A stretch of DNA of 64,000 bases, taken from assembly GCA_951406725.2 (NCBI GenBank), contig OX597814.1:218364001-218428000 (forward strand), written 5' to 3'. This document shows positions 37,434-49,765 of this stretch, piece by piece. How positions within the stretch are numbered: position 1 is the stretch's first letter; every line of letters starts with the position of its first letter. The notes beneath the pieces are model-generated. The model had not been told where the DNA came from. It did not search any database and saw nothing but the letters and a program-made list of their open reading frames with translations. Origin of the DNA: Octopus vulgaris (Eukaryota). A program made the translations under genes and the position numbers.

Positions 37434-38303
37434 TCTATAATACATTAAAAGTCAGTTTGAATCTTGTTTGCTTGTTTGCTTACAATGTTACTCAGTGAAA
37501 CTAGCGCATAATGGGAAAATACTATGAATTAAGTTTACCCTGAAATGTTAATACGAATGAAACAAGTTTTACCTAAAATTGGTAAAGTGGTTTTCGAGAT
37601 ATTAGAGATTTTCGAGGTATAAATACCCAAAACGGTATATATTGGGAAAATGTTCCGAAAATAATCTTCATCCTGAAAAGGAAGAAACTAATATTTCTAT
37701 TGGATTTTTCTTCTTTTTACAGTAAATGTTTCTATTTTCGCTTTTGTTAAACCATATTTTAATCATTTAGAAATATTTTTAATTGAATGTGATTTCAAAA
37801 ATGTAAGTTGTTTGTACAGTAAGTACTTTACCTTTCTTTAAACAGACAACATTTTAATGTTTTTAAAAATTATTTCCAAGGGACTACCATTGCAAAAATT
37901 TCTTTGCTATATTTAAAAAATATTCTAAAGTAAAAATGATTTTTAAAATACGGTAAAAAAAACCCCCGTTCATAACCTCAGTATGAAATAGTTTTTTCCA
38001 TAGGTTTTTTCGAGTTCATGCAACGTATTTGGTTGCTATTTCTAGCAAGCCCTGCTACCATGTAACAGCTATTTGCAGTAAGGGACCCGAAATACCTGTT
38101 ACGCGGTAGCAGGACGTGCAAGAAAGAGCAACCAAGTCTTTCCTTTTCTAGGGAAAGGAGCCGTTTACACGTGATTTCGATATCCCATTCGTTGAAAGCA
38201 TGCGAAATACCCTGGAAAAGGAAAAAAGAACCTCGCGAAACAAAACTCTGTTGCTACGAAACTCAGAGTTTCCCGATGACCCAACGGGTCACGGGTAGTC
38301 TAG
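37434..38303 (+). mobile_element. Non-autonomous Helitron (~870 bp)
   Basis: A|TCTATAA start, hairpin TGACCCAACGGGTCA, CTAG|T end. Confidence 0.75.
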
Positions 38304-38559
38304 TATATATATACTTGAGTATAATGCGACTTCCACTTTTTGTATTTAAAATTCACTGTATATATTTTATCTTTTATATATAAAGATTTTTATTCTTGGG
38401 TATAACGCTGCTCCACGTCAGCCCTAATTTTGACCAGATATTTTGTATTAAATTTCTCGCATTATACTCGAGTAAATAAAGAGATCTGTAAAATTTTCAT
38501 TAAAAAGTTCTCTACATTTGTATAAAACGAAAATATAGCACAGTCGCTTTTAATTGATA

Positions 38560-39347
38560 CTAGCAGTATTGCCCGGCGTTGCTCGGGTTTGTAAAGGAAA
38601 TAACTATCTAAGCATTTTTATGAGTTATAGCCAAAAAATAGCAAAAAAATGCATTAAAAATGGAAAAAAAATGATGGTAAATTATTTTTTAGTCGTTGAT
38701 TCATCGTAGACATTTTTAGAGAGTTGCTTCCTTTATATAATAGCGAAAAAATGCATTAAAATGGAAAAAAATGATGGTAATTTTTTTTTTAATCGTAGAC
38801 TCATCGTAGACGCGCGCTAATACTCAGAAGGGCTCGATATGAATCACGACTATAAGATACCCGGTTTTGGTTAAACTGCACTGCAAAATGTGGGAGTAGT
38901 TAGGAATCTAAATCGTAGGAGACAGACACACAACTTCACTTTTATATATAAAGACTAGCAGTATCGCCCGGCGTTGCTCGGGTTTGTAAGGCAAATAACT
39001 ATATAAGCATTTTTAGAGAGTTATAACCAAAAAATAGCAAAAAAATGCATCAAAAGTGTAAAAAGAGATGGTAAATTTTTTAAAAATCGTTGACTCATCG
39101 TAGACATTTTTAGAGAGTTACTTCCCTTATATAATAGCGAAAATGCATTAAAATGGAAAACAATGATGGTAAATTATTTTTAAAATCGTAGACTCATCGT
39201 AGACGCGCGCTAATACCCAGAAGGGCTCGATATGAATCACGACTATAAGATACCCGGTTTTGGTTAAACTGCACCGCAAAATGAGGGAGTAGTTAGGAAT
39301 CTAAATCGTAGGAGACAGACACAGAACTTCATTTTTATATATAAAGA
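38560..39347 (-). mobile_element. Head-to-tail dimer of Helitron E (38560-38954, 38955-39347)
   Basis: Exact CTAG|TC junction on the minus strand. Confidence 0.9.
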
Positions 39348-39699
39348 TTTTTATTCTTGGGTATAACGCTGCTCCACGTCAGCCCTAACTTTGACCAAAT
39401 TTTTTGTATTAAATTTCTCGCATTATACTCGAGTAAATAAAGAGATCTGTAAAATTGTCATTGAAAAGTTCTCTACATTTGTATAAAACGAAAATATGGC
39501 ACAGTCGCTTTTAATTGACATTATAACAGACATCTTTCAATAACATTCAATGAAAGTAATATGAAAACTATGGATAATAAATATTATTTAAAAGCAGCGT
39601 TGATACAAGCTGTTGATTAAATGTTCAGTTGTTTGATAATGACGATAATGCTAATGAGGATTATTATTATTGATGATGATGGTGATGAGATCAAGTCTG

Positions 39700-39783
39700 A
39701 AAACAAAGAACCAGCGCAACCGGAACAGGCGTGTTGTGACGTACAGAAGCAGTTTATTCATTATTCAGTTTCTATCAGTCATT
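39700..39783 (+). promoter_or_regulatory. Putative TATA-less core promoter and 5' UTR
   Basis: CCGGAA (ETS-like), TGACGT (CRE half-site) and TCAGTT (Inr-like) within 70 bp upstream of the ATG; locally CpG-rich unique sequence. Confidence 0.45.
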
Positions 39784-39850
39784 ATGGCTGAAATGGATTG
39801 CGGCGCTCGTCTGCGCTTTCCTAACGGGGATATCAAAATGTCTAATTACG
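39784..39850 (+). CDS. SOAT1: Coding exon 1 of putative sterol O-acyltransferase (SOAT/ACAT)-like gene (MAEMDCGARLRFPNGDIKMSNY, phase 1)
   Basis: ATG at 39784, donor G|GTAAAG at 39851, CpG-rich promoter-like context; splices in frame to 52561. Gene identity rests mainly on exons 2-3. Confidence 0.6.
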
Positions 39851-40877
39851 GTAAAGAAACTTTAATTTCATCAAAATAGTTTCGACTTCATTGAAAATTT
39901 ATTATTCAGACATTATTGTTGCATCCTTTTTTTTTTTTTCAGTTTATATTCGAAAGCGTCACGGTTTTTGTTTATCGCCAAGGTTAATACCGTTTGGTCC
40001 TAAAATCGGGGTCTCGTTTGTTGTACATAGTATGTTTATATCAGTCCCTGATTTTTCGGCCGGACGAGGAATCGTTTGTTTCGTTACTTGACGGGAGGGA
40101 AATTGATTAATTCAAATATAAACAAACAGAAAATTACTTTGTGATTGTCGAAATGTATGAATTTGTTAGACTATAGGTTATTGTTTATTGCTTTTCGTTT
40201 TAATTTTAAATATATGAGAGTAAGACGAGAGATCCATCAACTTCATTCTATCTTCTGTTGTATTTCGTTCGTCGAATGGAATCGGCGAGAAGTCGTCGTC
40301 TTGACGCTGGATTTAATTAAGATTTGAAAAATTAGCCAAAGAAGACCATTTAAATTATTTAGCAAACGAAGGAAATATTCTCGCTACTGTAAACTATATT
40401 CACAAAAGTTTTATTCTTCTTGTTTTCCTCAACATAAAAAGAAGACACGTCAGTTTGATGAGATAATTCGCTTTATGACAAGTTTATTCATTTATATACA
40501 CGACATATACACACTTTCTCTCACCTATATATAAAGTTTGTAACTATCCATACGTGTATTGTATAGATTCTTGTGTGTATATTCATAGGTGTATCTATCT
40601 ACCTCTGTCCCATCCATCCGTCATGTTATGTTGGGACACAGATTCTATGTTTGAACGCGTGGAGAGCAGCAAACTCAGGCCATCATCCGTCATGGAAAAA
40701 CAAATCTGCAGAAGGAGGCCTGTTTATGGGGGTTACCCAGGGTTTAGGCCAGCGGTTGGTCGGGTTTGACGAACGATATACCCTAAGGCCAAACTCTTTA
40801 TGGACAAGAAACCCAGAGTAATCCCACAAACCGGCCTACCCCATTAATATATATATATATGTGTTTGTGCATACAGA

Positions 40878-40963
40878 CAGGGATGGCCATAGCCATAAGT
40901 CGCTTTAGCCATTTCTTTATTATCATTATTAGAAATGGTTAAAGCGACTTATGCCCATCCCTG
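40878..40963. mobile_element. 86-bp Tc1/mariner-type MITE
   Basis: CAGGGATGG..ATAAGTCGCTTTA.CCATTTC TIRs. Confidence 0.75.
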
Positions 40964-40989
40964 TATATATATATATATATATATATATA

Positions 40990-41188
40990 CACCAATTAAG
41001 GACTGAACACGAAAAGTGGACAGTCAACATGCTAGATATAGACATCAAATCGCCATTCTCCACAAAGAGTATGTTCTCAAATAAAACTGAGTTTTATTTG
41101 AGAACATACTCTTTGTGGAGAATGGCGATTTGACGTCTATATCTAGCATGTTGACTGTCCACTTTTCGTGTTCAGTCCTTAATTGGCG
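40990..41188. repeat. 199-bp near-perfect palindrome
   Basis: 99-bp arms, 1-nt centre at 41089, two mismatches seen. Confidence 0.97.
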
Positions 41189-41550
41189 ATTTCCGTAAAT
41201 TTTTTTTTTTTTTACATATGGGCTTGCGGGAACTTTTGAAGTAATATACATACATATACACAAACAGCGAGTAAAAAATTTCAGTTATCTCTCTCTTTCA
41301 CACATTACTCTGTCTGTCTCTTCACACACACTAACAGAAGCACTTCACTTACACAACATACTGTCTGTCTCCCATACCCCATCAAACACACACACACACA
41401 CACACATGTACATCAATGCTTCCCATGCACGGTAACTTCAAAAGAACTTCCCTCGTCATACAATCGCTTTCTCTTAGTCTCTTTCGCTCTCATTACTTCA
41501 AAAGTTCCCGCAAGCCCATATGTAAAAAAAAAAAATTTTTACGGAAATCG
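41187..41550. mobile_element. MITE-like element with ~60-bp TIRs
   Basis: CGATTTCCGTAAA(T)nACATATGGGCTTGCGGGAACTTTTGAAGTAAT and its reverse complement at 41492-41550. Confidence 0.8.
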
Positions 41551-41582
41551 ACGGAAAGGTCTACTAGAGACGAAAGATTGCT

Positions 41583-41636
<54 letters not shown>

Positions 41637-41829
41637 GTATATATATATGTTTGTTATTTGGGTTATATTTCAAATGTAGGCAATAGTGGAATGATGGAGT
41701 GGGATGAAAGCATGGCCAAGATCGACAGAGCAAATAAATGAATTTTTTAAAAAAGCTCGCGAAAGAATTGTATTCCACTTGCTGAACTTATATCTCGATG
41801 ATTATTTTTTCTTAGTTCTTATGATTCTA

Positions 41830-41995
41830 TGGGCTCCAAGTACTCGACTCGCACCTATTTTACCGACTCCGAAAAGAATAAAAGGAAAAAAGACAAAAGG
41901 AAGGCAGAATTTGAATTCAGAATGTAAAAGAGACGGAAGAAATGCCGCCAAGCATTTGGTCCGGTGCGCTAACCATTCTGCAAGCTCGCCGTCTT
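41830..41995 (-). mobile_element. SINE C (degraded)
   Basis: Match to the C consensus. Confidence 0.65.
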
Positions 41996-42530
41996 AATTT
42001 TGAAAAAATAATGAATTTATTAAAATAACTTTATCATTAATCTACATCATTTAAAAAGGAGAAGTTTTGGGCGAGTATCCAAAAGTAATAATATAATGGA
42101 ATAAGCGTGAATCTTGGAAACCTTTTAAGTAATAATATAATGGAATAAGACTGAATCTTGGAAACCCTTTAGTGGTGCGCGCACTCCCACCTGGTTAATA
42201 ACTGTCTTAAAATCACATCCAACGATTTAACAAAAAAGGAAAAAGTATGAACTCACTAGTTTAAGGTACTATTCTTAGATATACTATGCATGATAGAAAG
42301 ACTGGATGGTCACAACTGGAGCATATTCAGTTGATGTTCCTTATGCTCAAAAAATAGATTTCTACAAGAGCTGATAGGAGAAGCTATTGTGTATGTGTGT
42401 ACAGATAGACATAGAGGAAAATATATACTTTTGAGCTGGAAGCTACAGTTCTTTTGATACTTATTTTAGTCTACTCTCCTATTTATTTAAAAGATTTGGA
42501 GCTTTGAAGCCCAAATGAGACAGGAGGATA

Positions 42531-42925
42531 TCTTTATATATAAAAGTCAAGTTGTGTGTCTGTCTCCTACGATTTAGATTCCTAACTACTCCCACATTTT
42601 GCAGTGCAGTTTAACCAAAACCGGGTATCTTATAGTCGTGATTCATATCGAGCCCTTCTGGGTATTAGCGCGCGTCTACGATGAGTCTACGATTTTTAAA
42701 ATAATTTACCATCATTTTTTCCATTTTAATGCATTTTTTCGCTATTACATAAGGGAAGTAACTCTCTAAAAATGTCTACGATGAGTCAACGATTTAAAAA
42801 AAAATTTACCATCATTTTTTTCCATTTTTAATGCATTTTTTGCTATCTTTTGGCTATAACTCTCTAAAAATGCTTAGATAGTTATTTCCCTTACAAACCC
42901 GAGCAACGCCGGGCGATACTGCTAG
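42531..42925 (+). mobile_element. Helitron E
   Basis: A|TC...CCCGAGCAACGCCGGG...CTAG|T. Confidence 0.9.
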
Positions 42926-43547
42926 TAAGTTCTAAAGACATATTTGTTGCCCTGTGCCTTTCTTTTTTTTTTTTTTTTTTGTAATAGAAATTATTGAATT
43001 GGAAATTGAAGTTTAACGTTTTCACTCCCACGGACTGACATCCTGTCATATGTTTTCTGACCATCCCACTATTACTCATCTACCATTCTGCCCCTCTTAG
43101 TATCTTGTTTACTTTGGTAATTGTAGAGAGGCACAGTATTTCATCATATGATTTTCCGTCCTCTTTTCATATTTGAAGCCTCTTTCTCTTGGATATTAGA
43201 ATATCACCAATACAAAACCGTATAGAAATTATGCTCAATGTGTATATTGAGTTTGTGACCCCAAATTTGACTCGTTTACTCTTCAAATTGTGTTGTTGGA
43301 CTTGTGGTTGTTCTGAAGCACCACCTTAAATGTACTTTTTTAAAAATTTTATTTATTCTTTTTTAGTTGATCATCTTGATCTTGTACTTACTTTGTTACT
43401 TATTCAGTTGGTGACATTTTTGCCGAAACACTAAGTTATGAGGACATAAACAAACCATCTGTTGTTAAGTGGAGAAGGACAAACACACCCACCCAATACA
43501 CAAAATGAGCTTCTAACCGTTTCTTTCTAGCATATGTACTTATAAAA

Positions 43548-43898
43548 CAGTGATTCTCAAACATTTTTTGCCTATGGACCCTGTTGGTCCTTATTTTACT
43601 CTACTGAAACCCCATGTTATATAAAAAAAAAAAAAAAGAAGCCTGTTATATTTTTGTAACTAAAAATTAAGAAATTGTATTAAAAAATTGTTAAAATATT
43701 GGCGGAAGTAAAGAATATGTACACCACCCATTTTCAGCTTAACAAAAACCCTAACCCTAAACATCAGGTGTATGTATTCTTTCACCAAAATATTTTGTGT
43801 ATTGTAGATGTAGAACCAATTTATTGCTCATAAGCTTTAGCAACAAAATCTTATGTGGGACCCCCAAAGGTTATATGGACCCTGGTTGAGAACCAGTA
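43548..43898. mobile_element. hAT-type MITE containing an 86-bp GG-ended mini element (43701-43786, TSD AAAATATT)
   Basis: CAGTGATTCTCAA / GGTTGAGAACCAGTA termini. Confidence 0.7.
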
Positions 43899-43904
43899 TT
43901 ATAA

Positions 43905-44277
43905 GGAGGGAAGCACTCCGTCGGTTACGACGATGAGGGTTCCGGTTGATCCGAATCAACGGAACAGCCTGCTCGTGAAATTAACGTGTAAGTGGCCGAG
44001 CACTCCACAGACACGTGTACCCTTAACGTAGTTCTCGGGGATATTCAGCGTGACACAGAGAGTGACAAGGCCGGCCCTTTGAAATACAGGTACAACAGAA
44101 ACAGGAAGTAAGAGTGAGAGAAAGTTGTGGTGAAAGAGTACAGCAGGGATCACCACCATCCCCTGCCGGAGCCTCGTGGAGCTTTAGGTGTTTTCGCTCA
44201 ATAAACACTCACAACACCCGGTCTGGGAATCGAAACCGCGAGTCCGCTGCCCTTACCACTGGGCCATTGCGCCTCCA
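43905..44277 (-). mobile_element. SINE B
   Basis: TSD ACCAGTATTATAA. Confidence 0.92.
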
Positions 44278-44436
44278 TACCAGTATTATAACGCATTGGT
44301 TGGCTCAAGGCTATGCCTGAAGTGCCATGCAGTAGAACTGAACTTGGAACTTACATAGTTGTGAAGTAAACTTTTTAACTACACTGCCATATCTGCTCCT
44401 ATTACAATCATGGTACCCTACATTTTTTTTTATATG

Positions 44437-44930
44437 CAGCAGTTGGACAAAATAATGGAAACATCTTGCATCATAATTTTGAAATATCTATAAAACTGTC
44501 TAAAGCTTGTTTATTTTTATGCTTTTTGATTTATTATTAGTGTTGCTTAATATGCTTTGCTAAAATTGCTGTTTCTTTTCAGATATAATCAGAAAAAAGT
44601 AATTAAGATTCATTAAAATGACAGATCTATCAGACTTTCAAAGAGGTCAAATTGTTGGTGCTTGTATGGCAGGGACTAGTGTAACGAAAGCAGCCAAAAT
44701 GTTTGGTGTATCAAGAAGTACTGTCTCGGAAGTAATTGACAGCCTTTGAGAAAGAGGGAAAAACCTCCTCGTCAAAAGAAAACTCTGGAAGAAAACCAAA
44801 ACTTTCAGATAGGGACCATGGGACTCTTACGTGAATTGTTAGAAAGGATCAGAAAAGTACAGCTCTCAAAATTACTGCAGAGCTTAATAACCACCTTGAG
44901 AACCCAGTTTCCACAAAAACTATTTGCTGT
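44437..44930 (+). mobile_element. Tc1-like transposon 5' fragment (paired-like HTH domain)
   Basis: MTDLSDFQRGQIVGACMAGTSVTKAAKMFGVSRSTVS...NSGRKPKLSDRD from 44618; left TIR CAG.AGTTGGACAAAATAATGGAAAC. Confidence 0.85.
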
Positions 44931-45182
44931 GCTATAGAAATAGACTCATGTACACTGAGTTACTCTGACTTCTGGATCTATTTGCAATCTTTTTGTTTCG
45001 CTTCACTTTATTTATATTGCAAATGTCTGTGAGGAATAGATGAACACCACAAGTCACTCCATTTTAATATATTGCACTTCATTTTCACTAGTTGGAAATC
45101 AGTGATCTAGAGGATTAGAATGTTATTATCCTCAGAAATAAATGTTCCTAATTTAAATCCAGTTTACTGTATATATATATAT

Positions 45183-45335
45183 ATTTCTTTATTGCCCACA
45201 AGGGGCTAAACATAGAGGGGACAAACAAGGACAGACAAAGGGATTAAGTCGATTACATCGACCCCAGTGCGCAACTGGTACTTTATTTATCGACCCCGAA
45301 AAGATGAAAGGCAAAGTTGACCTCGGTGGAATTTT
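45183..45335 (-). mobile_element. 5'-truncated SINE C variant with alternative 3' tail
   Basis: Matches 58407-58560. Confidence 0.8.
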
Positions 45336-45867
45336 GACTGTATATATATTTTACTGTATATATATTTTACTGTATATATATTTTACTGTATATATATATA
45401 TCCAAGATAAGACACCTAATAGAGATCAAATCAATTGAAATGAAGTGTACATAGTGTAAGTAATGAAAAGTCTTTCATCTAATGATGATATTAAGAGTCC
45501 AAAGAATTCTCTTATTAACAACTCATTTCAGACATTCTAGATAATCCTTTTAAAATGCCCAATGGGAATACAGAAGATTAAAGTGATAACAGGATTGAGA
45601 CAATGAAGAAAACATCCACATAGTCACATACGATAGCTAATTCTTCCTTAAATCACATCCAACTACCTCTTTTAGATAAAGAGGTCTTATTAGATAAGTC
45701 CTAAATAATTTACATCTGAATAAAACACAATTGTCATATCTGAATTCTTTGATCATATCTGCTCTGTCCAAACTGTTTTAATTTACAATGACAAGAACAG
45801 GCTTAGTTCTTCTACTGCAGTTTGAACTCAGAAACACAAGACATAAAGGCTAAGATTATATAAAAAA

Positions 45868-46272
45868 GCAAGGAGTGGCTGTGTGGTAAGTAGCTTGCTT
45901 ACCAACCACATGGTTCCGGGTTCAGTCCCACTGCGTGGCATCTTGGGCAAGTGTCTTCTGCTATAGCCTCGGGTCAACCAATGCCTTGTGAGTGAGTGGA
46001 TTTGGTAGACGGAAACTGAAAGAAGCCTGTCGTATATATGTATATATATATATATATGTGTGTGTGTGTTTGTGTCTGTGTTTTTCCCCCAACATTGCTT
46101 GACAACCGATGCTGGTGTGTTTATGTCCCCGTCACTTAGCGGTTCGGCAAAAGAGACTGATAGAATAAGTACTGGGCTTACAAAGAATAAGTCCCGGGGT
46201 CGATTTGCTCGACTAAAGGCGGTGCTCCAGCATGGCCGCAGTCAAATGACTGAAACAAGTAAAAGAGTAAGT
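45868..46272 (+). mobile_element. SINE A
   Basis: Near full-length match. Confidence 0.9.
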
Positions 46273-46667
46273 AGAGGGCTACTGTAAATCAGTATCACAG
46301 AAGTGACTGGCTTTAAGTTATCTACTCATGGGAAACTAAATGTTACCACACTAATGTAAGCATTAAAAATTTAATTTAAAATAATTAGGTCATGAGGACA
46401 GTAATATTAGACAATGACTAACATTATGTTAATTATGCATAAATTTCACTGCCATTTTTACCTAATTAGTGATGAGAGGATCAGTAAGTTTCTCTCATCA
46501 TATTGTTTATGATTAGGCTTGAAAATTAGTATATTTTACACAATAAATTACTGAAATTACTCAGCCTGTTCATTTCTATAGAAAAAAAAAGTTGTCAAGT
46601 TAATGTTACTGAATTTAAAGCTGTGAGAGTATTACTCAAAAAATTGTTTCACCATCTCTCAATGTCT

Positions 46668-48090
46668 CATACCATCCGTTTCCCATGCTGACAAAGGTTG
46701 GACGGTTTGACAGGAGCTGGTCAGCTGAAGGGCTGTCCAGGCTCCATGCCTGTTTTGGCATGGTTTCTACAGCTGGATGCCCTTCCTAACATCAACCACT
46801 TTGTGTACCAGGTGCCAGCAGCACCCACAAGATTAGGAACACTCAGCTGGAGAAGGATGCAGGGAACATGCCTGTATGCAAGGACAACCACAATTTTACT
46901 TTGTTTGATGTCTTCTGAAGTATAGCAAACTGTCATCCCCTCTGTGAGGCCCAACATCTGAAGATCCTTTCTCACCACTTCATCCCATATCTTCCTGGGT
47001 CTACCCCTACCACATGTTCCCTCCACAATTAGAGATTGGTATCTTTTGATGCAACAGCCTTCATTCATGACTGTACCAGCACAGTCTTGCACAATACATT
47101 TGATGTTATTCCTAGTTTTTATCTCAAATCACTTACACTCTGTCATATATGCACACTGACATTACCAACCCATTGGAGCATACTGGCTTCATTTTTTTCA
47201 AGCCTTTGCAGATCCTCAGTAGTCACAACCCATGTCTCACTGCCATGTAGCTATTCGTACACAGGCATCATTTAATCTGCCTTTCACTCTGAGGGAGAGG
47301 CCCTTCATTACTAACAAAGGTAGTAGCTCTTTGAACCTTGCCCAGCCTATTCTTATTCTAGCAGCTATGCTTTTGGAACAACTTCCACCACTACTAACTT
47401 GGTCACCTAAATAACGGAAACTGTCTACTACTTCTAAGGACCCCCGCCCTGACATTTGAGTGTTTAATGTCCCTGCACATCTGCCACATGCAAAAACTAC
47501 TTTCTCTGTTAGTCTTCCTGTGATACTGCTGCACCTCATATGTGTCCATAGCTTGCACTGGGGACATGATATGGAGTTTCTCCCAAAACCTTTTCTACAT
47601 ATTGAGCAGGGCAATCGCCTTGAAAGAGATCTGTGATTTGTCTGTTTTCCTGCTCATCAGGATTTTGTTAATTTTAACTCTAAGGCCATTTGATTTCAGT
47701 CCTTGCTTCCATACCTGAAATTTCTTCTCTAGTTCTGATAGTGATTCAGCAATAAGGACATGGTCATCAGCATAGAGGATCTCCCAAGGGCAGCCAGTTT
47801 TAAATTCCTCAGTTATAGCTTAAAGGACTATGATAAACAACAGGAATCTAAGAACTGATCCTTGGTGGACTCCTACTTGTACACTAAATTCCTTACTATA
47901 CCCATTGACAACTTTCACCTTACTGACAGCATCCCTGTACATAGCTTTTACAGCTCTCACCAACCACTCATCTATCCCTAGCTTCTGCATTGTCCACCAG
48001 ATAAGGGAGTGGAAGACCCTGTCAAAGGCTTTCTCCATGTCAACAAAAACCAGATACAGAGGTTTATTTTTGGCCAAGTATTTCTCCTAG
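46668..48090 (-). mobile_element. Decayed RTE-clade LINE (RT, Cys-rich insert, C-terminus, 3' UTR)
   Basis: FVDMEKAFDRV, GVHQGSVL, LYADD, YLGD, GRGRPRKIW; frameshifted. Confidence 0.9.
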
Positions 48091-48399
48091 ATTCAGGGGT
48101 TTATTTTGGGCTGAGTACTTCTCTCTCTCTCTCTCTTTTATCTATATATATATATATATAGTCTTTTATCTGGGTGTTAAATGTTCAGTGTTTCAACCAA
48201 GTAATGCATATGTGTGTGTAATGGAACCTGAAATCCCATGGATGTGAAGTAAACACCATGCTTGCACATAAATACATGCACACACACACATTCACACTGT
48301 TTTGTTGATCAGATCAACTGGAACCCTCATCGTCATAGCTGACAGAATGCCAGTTATTTTGTTACATTTGACAAAGTAAGGGTTAAACACAACAGACTG

Positions 48400-49050
48400 T
48401 GTATTATAGGAATGAAGGCAGCTTCTATCTAAGCAGTCACACGTTTTTTAAAACCCTTTTGGAAAGGAGAGAAAGGGGTTAGAAAAGAATGGGGCAGTAA
48501 GGGTGTCAGAGCAAGAGAAATGAAGGTTACAGAAGATAGCTTGTTGAAGAGGAAGACAAACTTGTGAAAGATCATAGAAAAGATTTTGCCTTTGAGTGTG
48601 TGAGTTTTAGGTAAAGTGCAGAGGTTGTCAATGACCTAGAATCACTGGGGTGCAGAGTTGTCTAATGCTACAGAGTGATCCTGTAGTGTGGACGAGGTGA
48701 TGCATTTCCTCAGATTTGGAGTCAAAGAAATTGCAGGAATAGCAATGTCTGTTTTAGTGTGAGCAGAATGAAAGAAGGAAAAGTCAAGGTAGTTGGTATC
48801 TTTATCGTGGATGGAGGTGGATATGACAGGACTGTCAACAGTTGCAGGAATATTGAAGGTGGTAGAGATAAATTCTAAAGATGGATGGAAAATTGATGAA
48901 AGCAAGGAGCTCATTACTAGAGAGTGCAGTAGCACTGATACAGCGCTTGATGACATGGTCACACAATTCCAGAGTTAGATCCAGTGGACTGGACAAAGAT
49001 CTGGGACTTCAATATAACCCATGAAAAAGTCAGTGTAACTAGGGCCCATC
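48400..49050 (-). mobile_element. Decayed LINE fragment (endonuclease/tether region)
   Basis: Purine-rich on +; minus-strand FNIP..DHS-like remnants. Confidence 0.4.
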
Positions 49051-49084
49051 TTAGTTCCCATGTGTATGTTTGTGTCTAATATAT

Positions 49085-49415
49085 CTTTTGTTTCAGTCAT
49101 TAGCCCACGTCCATGCTGGGGCACTGCCTTGAAGAACTTTTAGTTAAATGAATTGACCCCGGTCCTTATTTTTAAAGCCTGGTACTTATTCTGTTGGTCT
49201 CTGTTTGCTGAACTGCTAACCTGTGGGGTGTAAACAAACCAACACCAGTAGTCAAGTGGTGGTGGGGCACAAATGCACACACACACACATATATGATGGG
49301 CTTCTTTCAGTTTCATCTACCAAATCTACTCACAAGGCCTGAGGCTTTAGTAGAAAGCACTTGCTCAAGGTACCACACAGTGGGACTGAACCTAGAACCA
49401 TGTGACGGGAGAACA
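49085..49415 (-). mobile_element. Old SINE A with CpG decay
   Basis: Diverged match to family A. Confidence 0.8.
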
Positions 49416-49765
49416 AAACTCTGAATATTTTGTTTTTGTGAGTATGTGTGTGAGAGCATGTACATATGTATATGGCTGTGCTTACATTTTTGTAGATGCT
49501 GCACCTACCCAATCCAATGTTCTATTTTTCTACCTTTGACTCTCAAGTTTCTCTTCCCCATCACTTATACATTATTACATTTTTCTGCCTCTTTTTACTA
49601 TACAGTTTTGTCTTAATAATTTACCAATCCTCAGAATTGCATTTCCTCACAGCCTCCCAATTCTTAAAATTTATTTTCTTCTTGAAATTTTTTATTACTC
49701 TCCATTGTTCTGACCACTCTTCTCTCCCTTCTGTGTTTGTGTACAACCATATTGACCATCTTGGT

